IMG/VR virus record: IMGVR_UViG_3300020042_001397
Span: 1-62,488 of that record
From: a virus
Taxonomy: Duplodnaviria > Caudoviricetes
Direction: 5' to 3' (one strand)
DNA: 62,488 nt
Shown: one piece after another, positions 9,262 through 18,095 of the stretch
Numbering within the stretch: position 1 is the first letter of the stretch
Layout: each line of letters opens with the position of its first letter
The notes under the pieces: generated by a model
Seen by the model: the letters and a program-made list of their open reading frames with translations, nothing else
Told to the model about the DNA's origin: nothing
The model's database searches: none
Program-made: the position numbers and the translations under genes

Positions 9262-9322
9262 ATTTGTGTTGTGTTATCTGTTAATCTAGTGTATTCTTAC
9301 CCTACACTACTTAGGAGAAGAT

Positions 9323-10036
9323 ATGGCGCGAGGAATTTATAAAATTATCAACGTAATTAATAACAAGTTTTATGTTGGAAGCGCGGAAGATTTTACTCGG
9401 CGCAAACGAGTTCATTGGTGGATGTTACGTCGTGGAACCCACGCAAATAAACACTTACAATCCGCTTGGGCGAAATATAAAGAACAGGCGTTTACATTTG
9501 TTATTGTTGAAGAATTAAGTGAAATGGCAGATATTCTTGCCGCAGAAAATGTTTGGTTAAAAGAACATGTTGGAAAAGAGTACTGTTACAACCTTGCGAC
9601 AGACGCTACAGCCCCTACCACAGGGTGGTTTGGTAAAAAAAATCCAATGTTTGGGAAGACATTTACGCACACGGAGGACGCTAAGGCCAGAATTGGAGCG
9701 GCGGCAAAACTAAGAATTCAAACAGAAGAAGAGAAAGTTAAGCGGCGCAAGTCAATGCAAAGGCATATTGTTCCGGCTTCGGTGAAAGCAAAAATATCGG
9801 CCACGTTATCTGGTGAGGGTAACTTCTGGTATGGCAAGCAGCGCCCAGATCACGCGGAAAAGGTGAGCAAAGCCGTTGTAGCTACAGACGCGGCGGGCAA
9901 TATCACAACCTATTCTAGTATCTTAGCCTTGCGGGAGGCGCTGAATATAAAGCCGCCGACAGCCAATCGGGCGCTCAAATCGGGCAAGGTTTTAACCCGT
10001 GGTCCATACAAGAATTGGTCGTTCAAATATGCTTGA
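9323..10036 (+). mobile_element. Free-standing GIY-YIG homing endonuclease with NUMOD3-like repeats
   Basis: GIYKIIN..NNKFYVGS, catalytic R and E, NPMFGK..HTEDAKARI repeats; AT-richer than its neighbours. Confidence 0.92.
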
Positions 10037-10061
10037 CGCGCATCTCGGCGCATAGTATAAG
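10033..10061 (+). promoter_or_regulatory. sigma70-like promoter
   Basis: TTGACG (10033-10038), 17-nt spacer, TATAAG (10056-10061). Confidence 0.7.
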
Positions 10062-10070
10062 ATACCTAAT

Positions 10071-10145
10071 ACCGGGGTATTCCGGTGCTTGCGAACAGCC
10101 CCCGGCTGACGAACATGCAGATCGCTTGCACTTAACTCGCATGTT
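10071..10145 (+). ncRNA. Pseudoknotted structured RNA candidate (possibly the Mu-gpT-DE motif)
   Basis: Interleaved pairings CCGGGG/CCCCGG, GTGCttGCGA/TCGCttGCAC and AACATGC/GCATGTT; abuts the RBS of ORF 10160. Confidence 0.55.
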
Positions 10146-10159
10146 GAGGACAATCTATC

Positions 10160-10639
10160 ATGGCAGTTTCTACTACCCAGAGTATTTGGCGTTCGGGCGG
10201 CGGCGATCAAACTCGCACCGCATATTGTGGCACTGGCCTAATGACCGCCCAATGGTACGTCGCTGATATTGCTACGCAAACCGGCAACGTCAAAAATGCA
10301 GCTAGCGGCCAAAACGTAATTCTTCCAGCAGGCGCTGTTATCACAGCCGTTACTACGCAAGTGGCTTCGACCACGGCCGGTACGCTGGACTTCGGCTTTA
10401 CGCTGTATACCACCGGCACAGCAACTCCTGCTGGTCTGGTCAATGAGCAGCCTACGACTCGTACACAAACCTCGCTGGCCACAGCTACCCTGCCGGGCGC
10501 TTCGCTTGGCATTCCAATGTCCACGACTGAGTTGGTCTATCTGACCGCAGCTACGGGCGCGTCGGCTGGTACTGGTCCTTGCTCCGGCACGATCACGTAC
10601 TATGTGACTGATCCTTACGTTGGTATGCAGAACGTCTAA
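10160..10639 (+). CDS. Virion structural protein (hypothetical)
   Basis: 159 aa, T/A/G-rich, LPAGAVI motif common in phage head accessory proteins; GAGGA RBS. Confidence 0.7.
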   Translation: MAVSTTQSIWRSGGGDQTRTAYCGTGLMTAQWYVADIATQTGNVKNAASGQNVILPAGAVITAVTTQVASTTAGTLDFGFTLYTTGTATPAGLVNEQPTTRTQTSLATATLPGASLGIPMSTTELVYLTAATGASAGTGPCSGTITYYVTDPYVGMQNV

Positions 10640-10645
10640 TAATCT

Positions 10646-10665
10646 GGGGGCTTCGGCCCCCGTTT
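10646..10665 (+). terminator. Hairpin / weak intrinsic terminator
   Basis: GGGGGC-TTCG-GCCCCC, the same core as the 9238 hairpin, with only a short T tail. Confidence 0.65.
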
Positions 10666-10684
10666 AACCATTCAGGAGATTATT

Positions 10685-10972
10685 ATGATGCAAACAGACG
10701 TTGAGTCAGCGCACACAAACGTTAGTGCGGCGTTGCATGCAGGGCGAACACGCTTGAAAGGCGTAGTTTTCACAGTGTCAGGGGGCAGCCCCGTTGACCA
10801 CATTATGTTTTACGACAATGCTTCAGCCGCAAGTGGCACTGTACGTTTGGAGCTAGATACTAATCATTCGGGCGGTCTTAGCGTAGCTATACCCGGTGAA
10901 GGAATCTTGTTTTCGAACGGCATATATTGCGATATTGGCGACGCATCATCCGTAACGGTGTTCTATGGCTAA
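10685..10972 (+). CDS. Hypothetical structural protein
   Basis: 95-aa ORF, AGGAG RBS, IPGEGILF motif. Confidence 0.75.
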   Translation: MMQTDVESAHTNVSAALHAGRTRLKGVVFTVSGGSPVDHIMFYDNASAASGTVRLELDTNHSGGLSVAIPGEGILFSNGIYCDIGDASSVTVFYG

Positions 10973-11219
10973 GAAAACCCCATCCCTTGCTGTCGGTCGT
11001 GGTGAAAAGCTACCCGTTAAGCAGGGGGCGGGGTTGACTGCCAAAGGTCGTGCCAAGTACAACGCAGCAACGGGATCGAATCTGAAGGCTCCACAGCCAG
11101 AAGGCGGTCCACGTAAGAAATCATTCTGCGCTCGCATGAGCGGCATGCCCGGTCCGATGAAGGACGAGAAGGGCCAACCGACACGCAAAGCGGCGTCACT
11201 AAAGAGATGGAAGTGTTAG
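10965..11219 (+). CDS. Small basic hypothetical protein
   Basis: 84 aa, Lys-rich, SFCARM...SLKRWKC; overlaps the upstream stop. Confidence 0.75.
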   Translation: MAKKTPSLAVGRGEKLPVKQGAGLTAKGRAKYNAATGSNLKAPQPEGGPRKKSFCARMSGMPGPMKDEKGQPTRKAASLKRWKC

Positions 11220-11411
11220 ATGACTGAGCACCACGAAACCGCAAAAAACATAGCTGATGCGTTGTCCATTCTGACAGTAATCGGCACGCTAATTGATATG
11301 CTGCCATCTCTCGCTGCTTTGATTTCAATCGTATGGTCGGTAATCCGCATCTACGAAACCAAAACTGTACAAGATTGGTTAGGTAAGCAAGGGGCGGACG
11401 ATGCCAGCTAA
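11220..11411 (+). CDS. Small membrane protein
   Basis: 63 aa with a long hydrophobic stretch. Confidence 0.7.
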   Translation: MTEHHETAKNIADALSILTVIGTLIDMLPSLAALISIVWSVIRIYETKTVQDWLGKQGADDAS

Positions 11412-11691
11412 GTCAGCAAAGCAAGAACGGTTCATGCAAGCCGTGGCGCATAATCCTAAATTTGCAAAGAAGGTGGGCGTGCCCACTAGTGTAGGTAAAG
11501 AGTTTACTAAATCTGGAGATACTAAAATGGCAAAAGTTAAGAGCGCACCCGGTGCAACCCCAATGGGCAAAGTTAAAACTGCGGCTCCTAGCCGTGACGG
11601 TATTGCTGTTAAAGGCAAAACCAAAGGCAAGCAGATCGTTATGGCCGGCAATAAGATGTGCGGCGGCGGTATGGCTAAGGGCAAAAAGTAA
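11401..11691 (+). CDS. Small basic protein
   Basis: 96 aa, Lys-rich; ends MCGGGMAKGKK. Confidence 0.75.
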   Translation: MPAKSAKQERFMQAVAHNPKFAKKVGVPTSVGKEFTKSGDTKMAKVKSAPGATPMGKVKTAAPSRDGIAVKGKTKGKQIVMAGNKMCGGGMAKGKK

Positions 11692-11939
11692 TGATGTCCT
11701 CTCGCGGAATGGGCGACATCGCTCCGTCCAAAATGCCCGGCGGGAAGAAGAAAGCCCGCCGTGACGACACCGACTTTACGCAGTATGCGAAGGGCGGTGC
11801 TGTATGGGACAAGCCAAACCCAAAAAAGAAATCCACGCCTTTAAGCCCTGCCAAAAAATCGGCAGCTAAGGCGGCAGCTAAAGCTGCTGGTAGGCCGTAT
11901 CCGAACCTGATTGACAACATGCGTATGGCGAAAAAATGA
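11691..11939 (+). CDS. Small basic protein
   Basis: 82 aa with YAKGG and GRPYPNLIDNM; TAATG coupling. Confidence 0.75.
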   Translation: MMSSRGMGDIAPSKMPGGKKKARRDDTDFTQYAKGGAVWDKPNPKKKSTPLSPAKKSAAKAAAKAAGRPYPNLIDNMRMAKK

Positions 11940-12883
11940 CGACCTCTGGAGCCACAACTTTTAATATCGACCTGAATGAAGCGGTTGAAGAAGCGTTTGA
12001 GCGTTGTGGCTCGGAGATGCGTACGGGCTACCACTTGCGCACGGCCAGACGCTCCCTTAATCTGCTGTTTGCAGACTGGGCTAATCGCGGCGTTAACATG
12101 TGGACGTTTGAGCAGAACACGATTGTACTGAACCAAGGACAGCCGACTTATGCACTTCCTGACGATACTGTTGATATTCTGGACCATGTTATTCGGACCA
12201 ATGCAAACGTCGCTAGTAACCAATCCGACCTCACCATAACGCGTATTAGCGTATCTACCTACGCCACGATCCCCAACAAGTTAACGCAAGGCCGGCCTAT
12301 TCAGGTATGGATTCAGCGCTTGACCGGCGGAACGTCTGCTTTAGTGGGTACGGTACAGGCCGCTATTAGCGCAACGGACACGACCATTCCTGTGACTTCT
12401 TTAACGGGCGTGCCGACTGCGGGGTTCATTAAGATTGGCACGGAGCTAATCGGGTACAACGAGACGGCGGCCGCAACGGATACTACCCCGGCGTACTTAT
12501 ACAACTGTGTGCGTGGGCAAGATAGCACTACAGCCGCCGCGCATAGCGCAGGAGCCGCGTTATCGCTGGTGCAGAAACAGAGCATCACGGTATGGCCAAC
12601 CCCAGACAGCGCTTCTACATATCAGTTTGTGTACTGGCGCATGCGCCGTATTCAAGACGCCGGCACCGGCGGAGCTTACACAATGGACGTGCCGTTCCGT
12701 TTCGTGCCGTGTTTGGTTGCGGGGTTGACGTACTACTTGTCCTTAAAGATTCCAGAAGCGGCTAGCCGTATTGATATGCTCAAGGCCATGTACGACGAGG
12801 CTTGGACGACAGCCGCCGCAGAAGATCAAGACCGTGCCGCAGTTCGGTTCGTGCCACGGCAGATGTTTATTGGCGGTGCGTAA
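11936..12883 (+). CDS. Head-tail adaptor / tail tubular A-like protein
   Basis: EEAFERCG..RTARRSLNLLFADWANRG, VWPTPD and DVPFRF motifs; position after the head genes. Confidence 0.65.
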   Translation: MTTSGATTFNIDLNEAVEEAFERCGSEMRTGYHLRTARRSLNLLFADWANRGVNMWTFEQNTIVLNQGQPTYALPDDTVDILDHVIRTNANVASNQSDLTITRISVSTYATIPNKLTQGRPIQVWIQRLTGGTSALVGTVQAAISATDTTIPVTSLTGVPTAGFIKIGTELIGYNETAAATDTTPAYLYNCVRGQDSTTAAAHSAGAALSLVQKQSITVWPTPDSASTYQFVYWRMRRIQDAGTGGAYTMDVPFRFVPCLVAGLTYYLSLKIPEAASRIDMLKAMYDEAWTTAAAEDQDRAAVRFVPRQMFIGGA

Positions 12884-13311
12884 TGGGCAATAAGTTTGCT
12901 TCAGGCAAGAACTCGATTGCCGAGTGTGATCGGTGCGGGTTCCGCTTCAAGCTGACGGTGCTGCGTAAAGAGATTATCAAGACAAAGACGTATAACTTAT
13001 TGGTGTGCCCTACGTGCTGGGACCCAGATCAGCCACAGTTGTCTTTGGGCATGTACCCAGTTAGTGACCCACAAGGTGTTCGTGACCCACGGCCAGACCT
13101 GAGTTATTATCAGGCAGGATATACCGGACTACAGCTAACGCAGACACCGGGCACTTCCGAAGACGCTAATGGCGATCCTAGCGGCGGTAGCAGGGTGTTT
13201 CAGTGGGGGTGGGGGCCTGTAGGCGGGGCGAGTTCTAACGATGATGGGCTGACACCTAACTATTTGGTATCGCCCGGTCTGGTAAGCAACGTAACGATTA
13301 CGACTACATAG
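12883..13311 (+). CDS. Hypothetical protein with a CxxC...CxxC zinc ribbon
   Basis: CDRCG and CPTCWD; start moved to the coupled ATG at 12883. Confidence 0.75.
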   Translation: MGNKFASGKNSIAECDRCGFRFKLTVLRKEIIKTKTYNLLVCPTCWDPDQPQLSLGMYPVSDPQGVRDPRPDLSYYQAGYTGLQLTQTPGTSEDANGDPSGGSRVFQWGWGPVGGASSNDDGLTPNYLVSPGLVSNVTITTT

Positions 13312-13320
13312 GAGTCTAAA

Positions 13321-13479
13321 ATGGACAACATGAAAAAAGTGGCTAAGGCCGAAGTTAAGGTTCACGAAAAGAAGATGCACGGCATGAAAAAGGGCGGCGT
13401 TGCCAGCATCGACATGAAAAAAATGGGACGTAATGTAGCCCGCGCAATGAACCAAAAATCTGGTTCGAGAGGCCGATAA
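13321..13479 (+). CDS. Small basic protein, 52 aa (not in the ORF track)
   Basis: AGGAG RBS; MDNMKKVAKAEVKVHEKKMHGMKKGGVAS...; TAATG coupling to the next gene. Confidence 0.75.
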   Translation: MDNMKKVAKAEVKVHEKKMHGMKKGGVASIDMKKMGRNVARAMNQKSGSRGR

Positions 13480-13748
13480 TGGCCAAGTTCTCACAAAAGC
13501 TAATGGGCAAAGAAGTCGGCTCGGCTGCTGTGTATGCAAAGCCGCACTCAATGACCGGAGGTCCTATGAAGATGAAGAAACCCGCTGATCCGAATACGCT
13601 TACCACTAAGCAGATGACCAACAGAACGGTATCCCCGCGTGTAAGCATGGGCGACCCTGCCGCAGATGACGTTAAAAAAGACGGCATCAAAATGCGTGGT
13701 ACTGGCGCAGCAACTAAGGGCGTAATGTCCCGTGGACCAATGGCATAA
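13479..13748 (+). CDS. Small basic protein
   Basis: 89 aa ending MRGTGAATKG..SRGPMA. Confidence 0.75.
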   Translation: MAKFSQKLMGKEVGSAAVYAKPHSMTGGPMKMKKPADPNTLTTKQMTNRTVSPRVSMGDPAADDVKKDGIKMRGTGAATKGVMSRGPMA

Positions 13749-13750
13749 GC

Positions 13751-14446
13751 ATGAACTACGCGCAGCTTTCGTCAGCTATCAAGGGGTATTGCGAGAACGA
13801 CTTCCCGGCAACGGTAGGATCGTTTACGTCTACTGACCAGATAGACACGTTTATTAAGCAGGCGGAACAGCGTATTTATAACTCTGTTCAGCTTCCGCCA
13901 TTGCGCAAAAACATTATTGGTTCGGCCACAATCAATAATAAATACATGGCTGCACCAGATGACTTTTTATCGGTGTATTCAATTGCGGTAATCAGCGGGT
14001 ACGGGACTGCCAGCGAAGACTACACATTCCTATTAAACAAGGATGTAAACTTTATTCGTGAGTCATACCCAAATCCGGGTATCACGGGCAAGCCTTCGTA
14101 CTACGCTATTTTTGGGCCGTACGTAACTAACTCTGTAATTACTGACGAGCTAAGTTTTATTCTGGGACCTACGCCAGACGCAAGCTATTTTATAGAGTTA
14201 CATTATTACTACTACCCTGAGAGCATTGTTACTGCCGGTACGACGTGGCTCGGGGATAACTTTGATTCCGCGCTGCTGTATGGCGCACTTATGGAGGCTG
14301 CGGCTTTTCTTAAGTCTGAGCCTGACATATTACAGAATTACACAGCCCGGTATGGCGACGCATTAGCTATGCTGAAACGTCTGGGTGACGGTCTGGAGCG
14401 CAGCGATGCTTACCGCTCTGGCCAAGCTAGGGTACAAGTCACATGA
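13751..14446 (+). CDS. Head-tail connector/adaptor-like protein
   Basis: FIKQAEQRI, GPTPD and ALLYGALMEAA motifs typical of podoviral adaptor proteins. Confidence 0.65.
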   Translation: MNYAQLSSAIKGYCENDFPATVGSFTSTDQIDTFIKQAEQRIYNSVQLPPLRKNIIGSATINNKYMAAPDDFLSVYSIAVISGYGTASEDYTFLLNKDVNFIRESYPNPGITGKPSYYAIFGPYVTNSVITDELSFILGPTPDASYFIELHYYYYPESIVTAGTTWLGDNFDSALLYGALMEAAAFLKSEPDILQNYTARYGDALAMLKRLGDGLERSDAYRSGQARVQVT

Positions 14447-14862
14447 TCCAGCAAGGACTAACAACAAGTTTTAAGCAGCAGATTCTGTTGGGTCAGCACG
14501 ACCTAGATACAGATTCTCTGTACATTGCACTTTATACGGCACTTGCATCTTTAGGCCCAGATACGACGGAGTATTCGGCAGCAACTCCGGGGCAAATTAC
14601 TGGGACAGGGTACACGGCAGGTGGTATTCTACTAACTAATGTGTCCGTCAATGTTTCTGGGTTAATCGCGTATGTTAATTTTGATAATCCAGTATGGAAC
14701 CCAGGAGTTTTTACGGCTCGCGGGGCTTTGATTTATAACTCAAGTAAGAGTAATAAATCTATTGCGGTTTTAGATTTTGGTTCGGATAAGACATCGACCA
14801 ATACGTTTACAATAACTTTGCCAGCTAACACAGCGTCCTCGGCGCTAATTCGCATAACTTAA
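14443..14862 (+). CDS. Tail-associated structural protein
   Basis: IALYT, GTGYTAGG and ARGALIYN...LDFG motifs. Confidence 0.7.
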   Translation: MIQQGLTTSFKQQILLGQHDLDTDSLYIALYTALASLGPDTTEYSAATPGQITGTGYTAGGILLTNVSVNVSGLIAYVNFDNPVWNPGVFTARGALIYNSSKSNKSIAVLDFGSDKTSTNTFTITLPANTASSALIRIT

Positions 14863-14871
14863 GGAGTTACT

Positions 14872-15438
14872 ATGTTTGATTCAAAGACAAAAGCTATGGA
14901 TATTGTCTCCGCCGACGTTACAAAAAACGCTGGCAGTGATGATCGTATTAAACTTGGTGGTGTTTACCACGTAGAGTGCTTTGATGCAGAAGGCAATTCT
15001 AAGTGGGCTGAAGGCTTCCACAATCTGGTAGTTAACGTTGGTCTGAAAGATTTGAATGACAAATACTTTTCGGGCTCTTCTTATACTGCCGCTTGGTATC
15101 TTGGTCTCGTTAACTCTAGCGCTACATTTGCTGCTGGCGATACGATGTCATCGCACGCTGGTTGGACAGAGAACGTTAGCTACACGCAAGCTGCTCGCCC
15201 TACTTTGGCATTCGGTGGCTCTACCACTGCTGATCCTTCGGTGATTACTGCTTCGTCGGTTACGTTTACGATCAATGCTTCGGCTACTATCGGCGGTGCG
15301 TTTGTCTCTACTTCAGCTACTAAGAGCGGCACAGCAGGTATCCTGTTCTCAGAAGGCAACTTTACCGGCGGTAACCGTGCCGTTATCAGTGGCGATACAC
15401 TTAATGTAACGTACAGCTTCTCTGCTGACGCTGCGTAA
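14872..15438 (+). CDS. Tail-associated structural protein
   Basis: NLVVNVG and GDTLNVTY motifs; AAGGAG RBS. Confidence 0.7.
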   Translation: MFDSKTKAMDIVSADVTKNAGSDDRIKLGGVYHVECFDAEGNSKWAEGFHNLVVNVGLKDLNDKYFSGSSYTAAWYLGLVNSSATFAAGDTMSSHAGWTENVSYTQAARPTLAFGGSTTADPSVITASSVTFTINASATIGGAFVSTSATKSGTAGILFSEGNFTGGNRAVISGDTLNVTYSFSADAA

Positions 15439-15449
15439 TAGGGGGCTAC

Positions 15450-15626
15450 ATGGCTAATTTTACTAAGGGTCAAACCGTAAAGGTTAATACCGTGGTTCCA
15501 TCAGGCCCAGTTGAGGCTTATCGCATGGATGAGGATGGTGTTATCTACTGTCTTATTTCGTGGGTTGATGAGAATGGGGCCGCGCAAAATCGCTGGTTTA
15601 GAGAAGACATATTGGTTGCTGGTTAA
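15450..15626 (+). CDS. Small YodC/DUF2158-like protein, 58 aa (not in the ORF track)
   Basis: MANFTKGQTVKV..PSGPV...CLISW....RWFREDIL; GGGGG RBS. Confidence 0.65.
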   Translation: MANFTKGQTVKVNTVVPSGPVEAYRMDEDGVIYCLISWVDENGAAQNRWFREDILVAG

Positions 15627-15646
15627 AAAGCTAAAAGGCGTAACGC

Positions 15647-16711
15647 ATGTTTGGTATCTCATCTTTTGCCGAAACGCCTTTTGCTTCACTAAGCGGAGCT
15701 ACGTATAACGCTGATGTTGCTGAAGCTATATTAGTTTCAGAAACTGGAGACGGCTTTGTTACGTATGCTTCCGCAGTTAGTGAGCAAGTATTACTTACGG
15801 CTGTTCAAGACTCGTTAGCTGACTTTGTTGACTCTATAACAGAGGCCGTTGTACTAGAGGCCGCGCAGATTGCGTTAGCTGATTTTATTGATAGCCTTTC
15901 AGATTTAATCACAGCAACAGCTACGCAAGATGGTAGCGTGGTACTTTCTGGGGTAATCTCAGAATCCGCTACGCTGCTTGATGAACAGAACACAGATAAC
16001 GCTTTTAACTCTTTTGTTAATGAGTCTATTACTGGTACTGATGCACTTTTCTCTGTAGGTGATTTTTTAGCGGCTATTTCAGAATCTTCAGTTCTTGCAG
16101 ATTCACAAGCAGCTTTAGCAGACCTTATAGCCGCTCTGTCGGATGCTGTAACTTTAACGGATTCCCAAGCAGGCACTTTACTGTTTAGCGGAAATATTTC
16201 TGAGTCCATTACTGCAACAGATGTCACTAATGGTAGCGGCGGCGCTGAGACAATCAATGAGAGCGCATCGTTTGTTGATGACCAATACAACGTCAATGAG
16301 CAATTCGTAAACGTAGATGAGTTTGTACTACTGCAAGATAACTTAGAGCAGACATCAGAACTAAACAACAACGTAGACGAGGCTGTTGTAGTTAGCTCGG
16401 ATCAGAGTGGTGGGTTCCCATACAATGTAACTGTAGACGAGTTTGCAGCAATAACAGGCGTAGTAGATGCTGGCGGTATATATTTGATTATCGCTGAGTC
16501 TATAGCTGCCGTAGATAGTGCTACAACAATTGCTACTTTGATTTCTAATGTAAGTGAAACAGCTAGCTTGAACGGGATTAATAATTCTTCTGCAATATTT
16601 AATTCTTCTCGCTCAGAAAGAATAGCGTTTACAAGTGAGTTTACCCCGTTCTTTAAATTCGAGCCGATAGATACAACGCAGGTGCCGAATTGGAACACGA
16701 TTAACATGTAA
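15647..16711 (+). CDS. Acidic repetitive structural protein
   Basis: 354 aa, almost no basic residues, roughly 19-aa repeats of the ISES..L.D type. Confidence 0.75.
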   Translation: MFGISSFAETPFASLSGATYNADVAEAILVSETGDGFVTYASAVSEQVLLTAVQDSLADFVDSITEAVVLEAAQIALADFIDSLSDLITATATQDGSVVLSGVISESATLLDEQNTDNAFNSFVNESITGTDALFSVGDFLAAISESSVLADSQAALADLIAALSDAVTLTDSQAGTLLFSGNISESITATDVTNGSGGAETINESASFVDDQYNVNEQFVNVDEFVLLQDNLEQTSELNNNVDEAVVVSSDQSGGFPYNVTVDEFAAITGVVDAGGIYLIIAESIAAVDSATTIATLISNVSETASLNGINNSSAIFNSSRSERIAFTSEFTPFFKFEPIDTTQVPNWNTINM

Positions 16712-16720
16712 GGAATTATC

Positions 16721-17683
16721 ATGGCATTAGTTCTAGCTGATCGCGTAAAAGAAACAAGCTCGTTTACAGGGACTACATCCCCTATTACGCTGCTGGGAGC
16801 TGCTACTGGGTTTCAATCTTTTGCGGCAGTAGGAAATGGCAATACGACGTTCTACTCAATTACCAATCCGGGGACTAATGAATGGGAAGTTGGCGTTGGG
16901 ACGTACACAGCTTCCGGCACCACACTATCCCGCACCATTATTCTTTCGTCGTCTAATAGCAACTTAATTGTTACGTTTAGTGCTGGCTCTAAAGAAGTAT
17001 TTGTAACGTACCCAGCAGAAAAGTCAGTTAACCAAGATGTAAGTGGTAACGTTACCATCCCCGGTACGACCTACACGAACGCGCTCAATTGCAGTAATGG
17101 CGCTACATTTACTGGTACTGGCAGTAGGTTCCAAGCGGACTTTTATAATGGCACGGTTACGGATCGGTACGCATTCCAATCTAGTTTAGTAAACACAGCA
17201 ACGGGTATTTACGCTTTACCTAATGGCACATCGCAAGCTGCATCATGGCAGGCTACAAATAATAGCGATCCTACTAACGCAGGTAAGATTCTTATTGCAG
17301 CAACAGCAACAGCCGCAGAAGTTGTGTCAGGGATTAATGGCAGCGGTACATATCTACCACTAACCTTTACGGCTAACGGTGGAGAAGTAGGTAGGTTTAA
17401 TAACAGCACCGGATACTTTGGCCTTAACACTACTACACCGGGCAGCCAGCTTGATGTTAAAGGAACGCTCCGTTTATCTGGCGCTACAAGTGGATATGTT
17501 GGCTTGGCTCCTGCCGCAGTAGCAGGGTCTGTAACTTATACGTTACCAAGTGCTGACGGTACAGTTGGGCAAGTGCTTTCAACTAATGGTGGTGGTACGC
17601 TATCATGGGCTACTGCGGGAGGTGGTGGTGGCGGTGTAACAAAAGCTGCTGCTATAGCATACACAATGACTTTAGGATTCTAG
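16721..17683 (+). CDS. Tail fibre-related protein
   Basis: LADRVKET..EWEVGVG N-terminal module; TYTLPSADG..GQVLSTNG..LSW fibre motif. Confidence 0.75.
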   Translation: MALVLADRVKETSSFTGTTSPITLLGAATGFQSFAAVGNGNTTFYSITNPGTNEWEVGVGTYTASGTTLSRTIILSSSNSNLIVTFSAGSKEVFVTYPAEKSVNQDVSGNVTIPGTTYTNALNCSNGATFTGTGSRFQADFYNGTVTDRYAFQSSLVNTATGIYALPNGTSQAASWQATNNSDPTNAGKILIAATATAAEVVSGINGSGTYLPLTFTANGGEVGRFNNSTGYFGLNTTTPGSQLDVKGTLRLSGATSGYVGLAPAAVAGSVTYTLPSADGTVGQVLSTNGGGTLSWATAGGGGGGVTKAAAIAYTMTLGF

Positions 17684-17692
17684 GAGTAACTT

Positions 17693-18094
17693 ATGGCTAA
17701 CCCCAATATTGCAGCCCTTACAAGCATATACGGCAATACCGCGTATGTAATTCCAAGTGCTACTACAGTAAGCGTTGCATGGACTTATAACGGCACAACA
17801 GCACTAACAGGATTGACGCCAGCAGCAGGTACTGTAAATAAAATTACAGGAATTACGGTATCTAACGTAACGGCTTCTGCTGCAACAATTACAATTGGTG
17901 TGTCAAATAATCCTACCTACGCAAGTGGTACGGCTTACTATATTGCTTATCAGATTACTGTGCCGGCAGGAGCTACGTTGATCGTAACGGATAAGACAAC
18001 AGGTTTTTATGTAACTGAGAACCAATCTGTTGGCGTTATTGTTGGGACAGCTAGTGCGCTGAACGTCATTGCTACTTTTGAAGTGATTACCTAA
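17693..18094 (+). CDS. Tail-associated structural protein
   Basis: 133 aa, beta-rich, AGGAG RBS. Confidence 0.7.
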   Translation: MANPNIAALTSIYGNTAYVIPSATTVSVAWTYNGTTALTGLTPAAGTVNKITGITVSNVTASAATITIGVSNNPTYASGTAYYIAYQITVPAGATLIVTDKTTGFYVTENQSVGVIVGTASALNVIATFEVIT

Positions 18095-18095
18095 T

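Noticed and set aside
9323-10036. Group I intron hosting the GIY-YIG ORF
   Set aside because: The capsid gene ends intact before a terminator, no gene is split, and I saw no intron core elements
10095-10120. Hammerhead ribozyme (CUGACGA)
   Set aside because: No correctly placed GAAA or stem II/III; the topology is pseudoknotted instead
15501-15708. ORFs 15511-15708 (+) and 15501-15689 (-)
   Set aside because: The 15450-15626 frame has an RBS and a recognisable pattern and fits the gap without overlap
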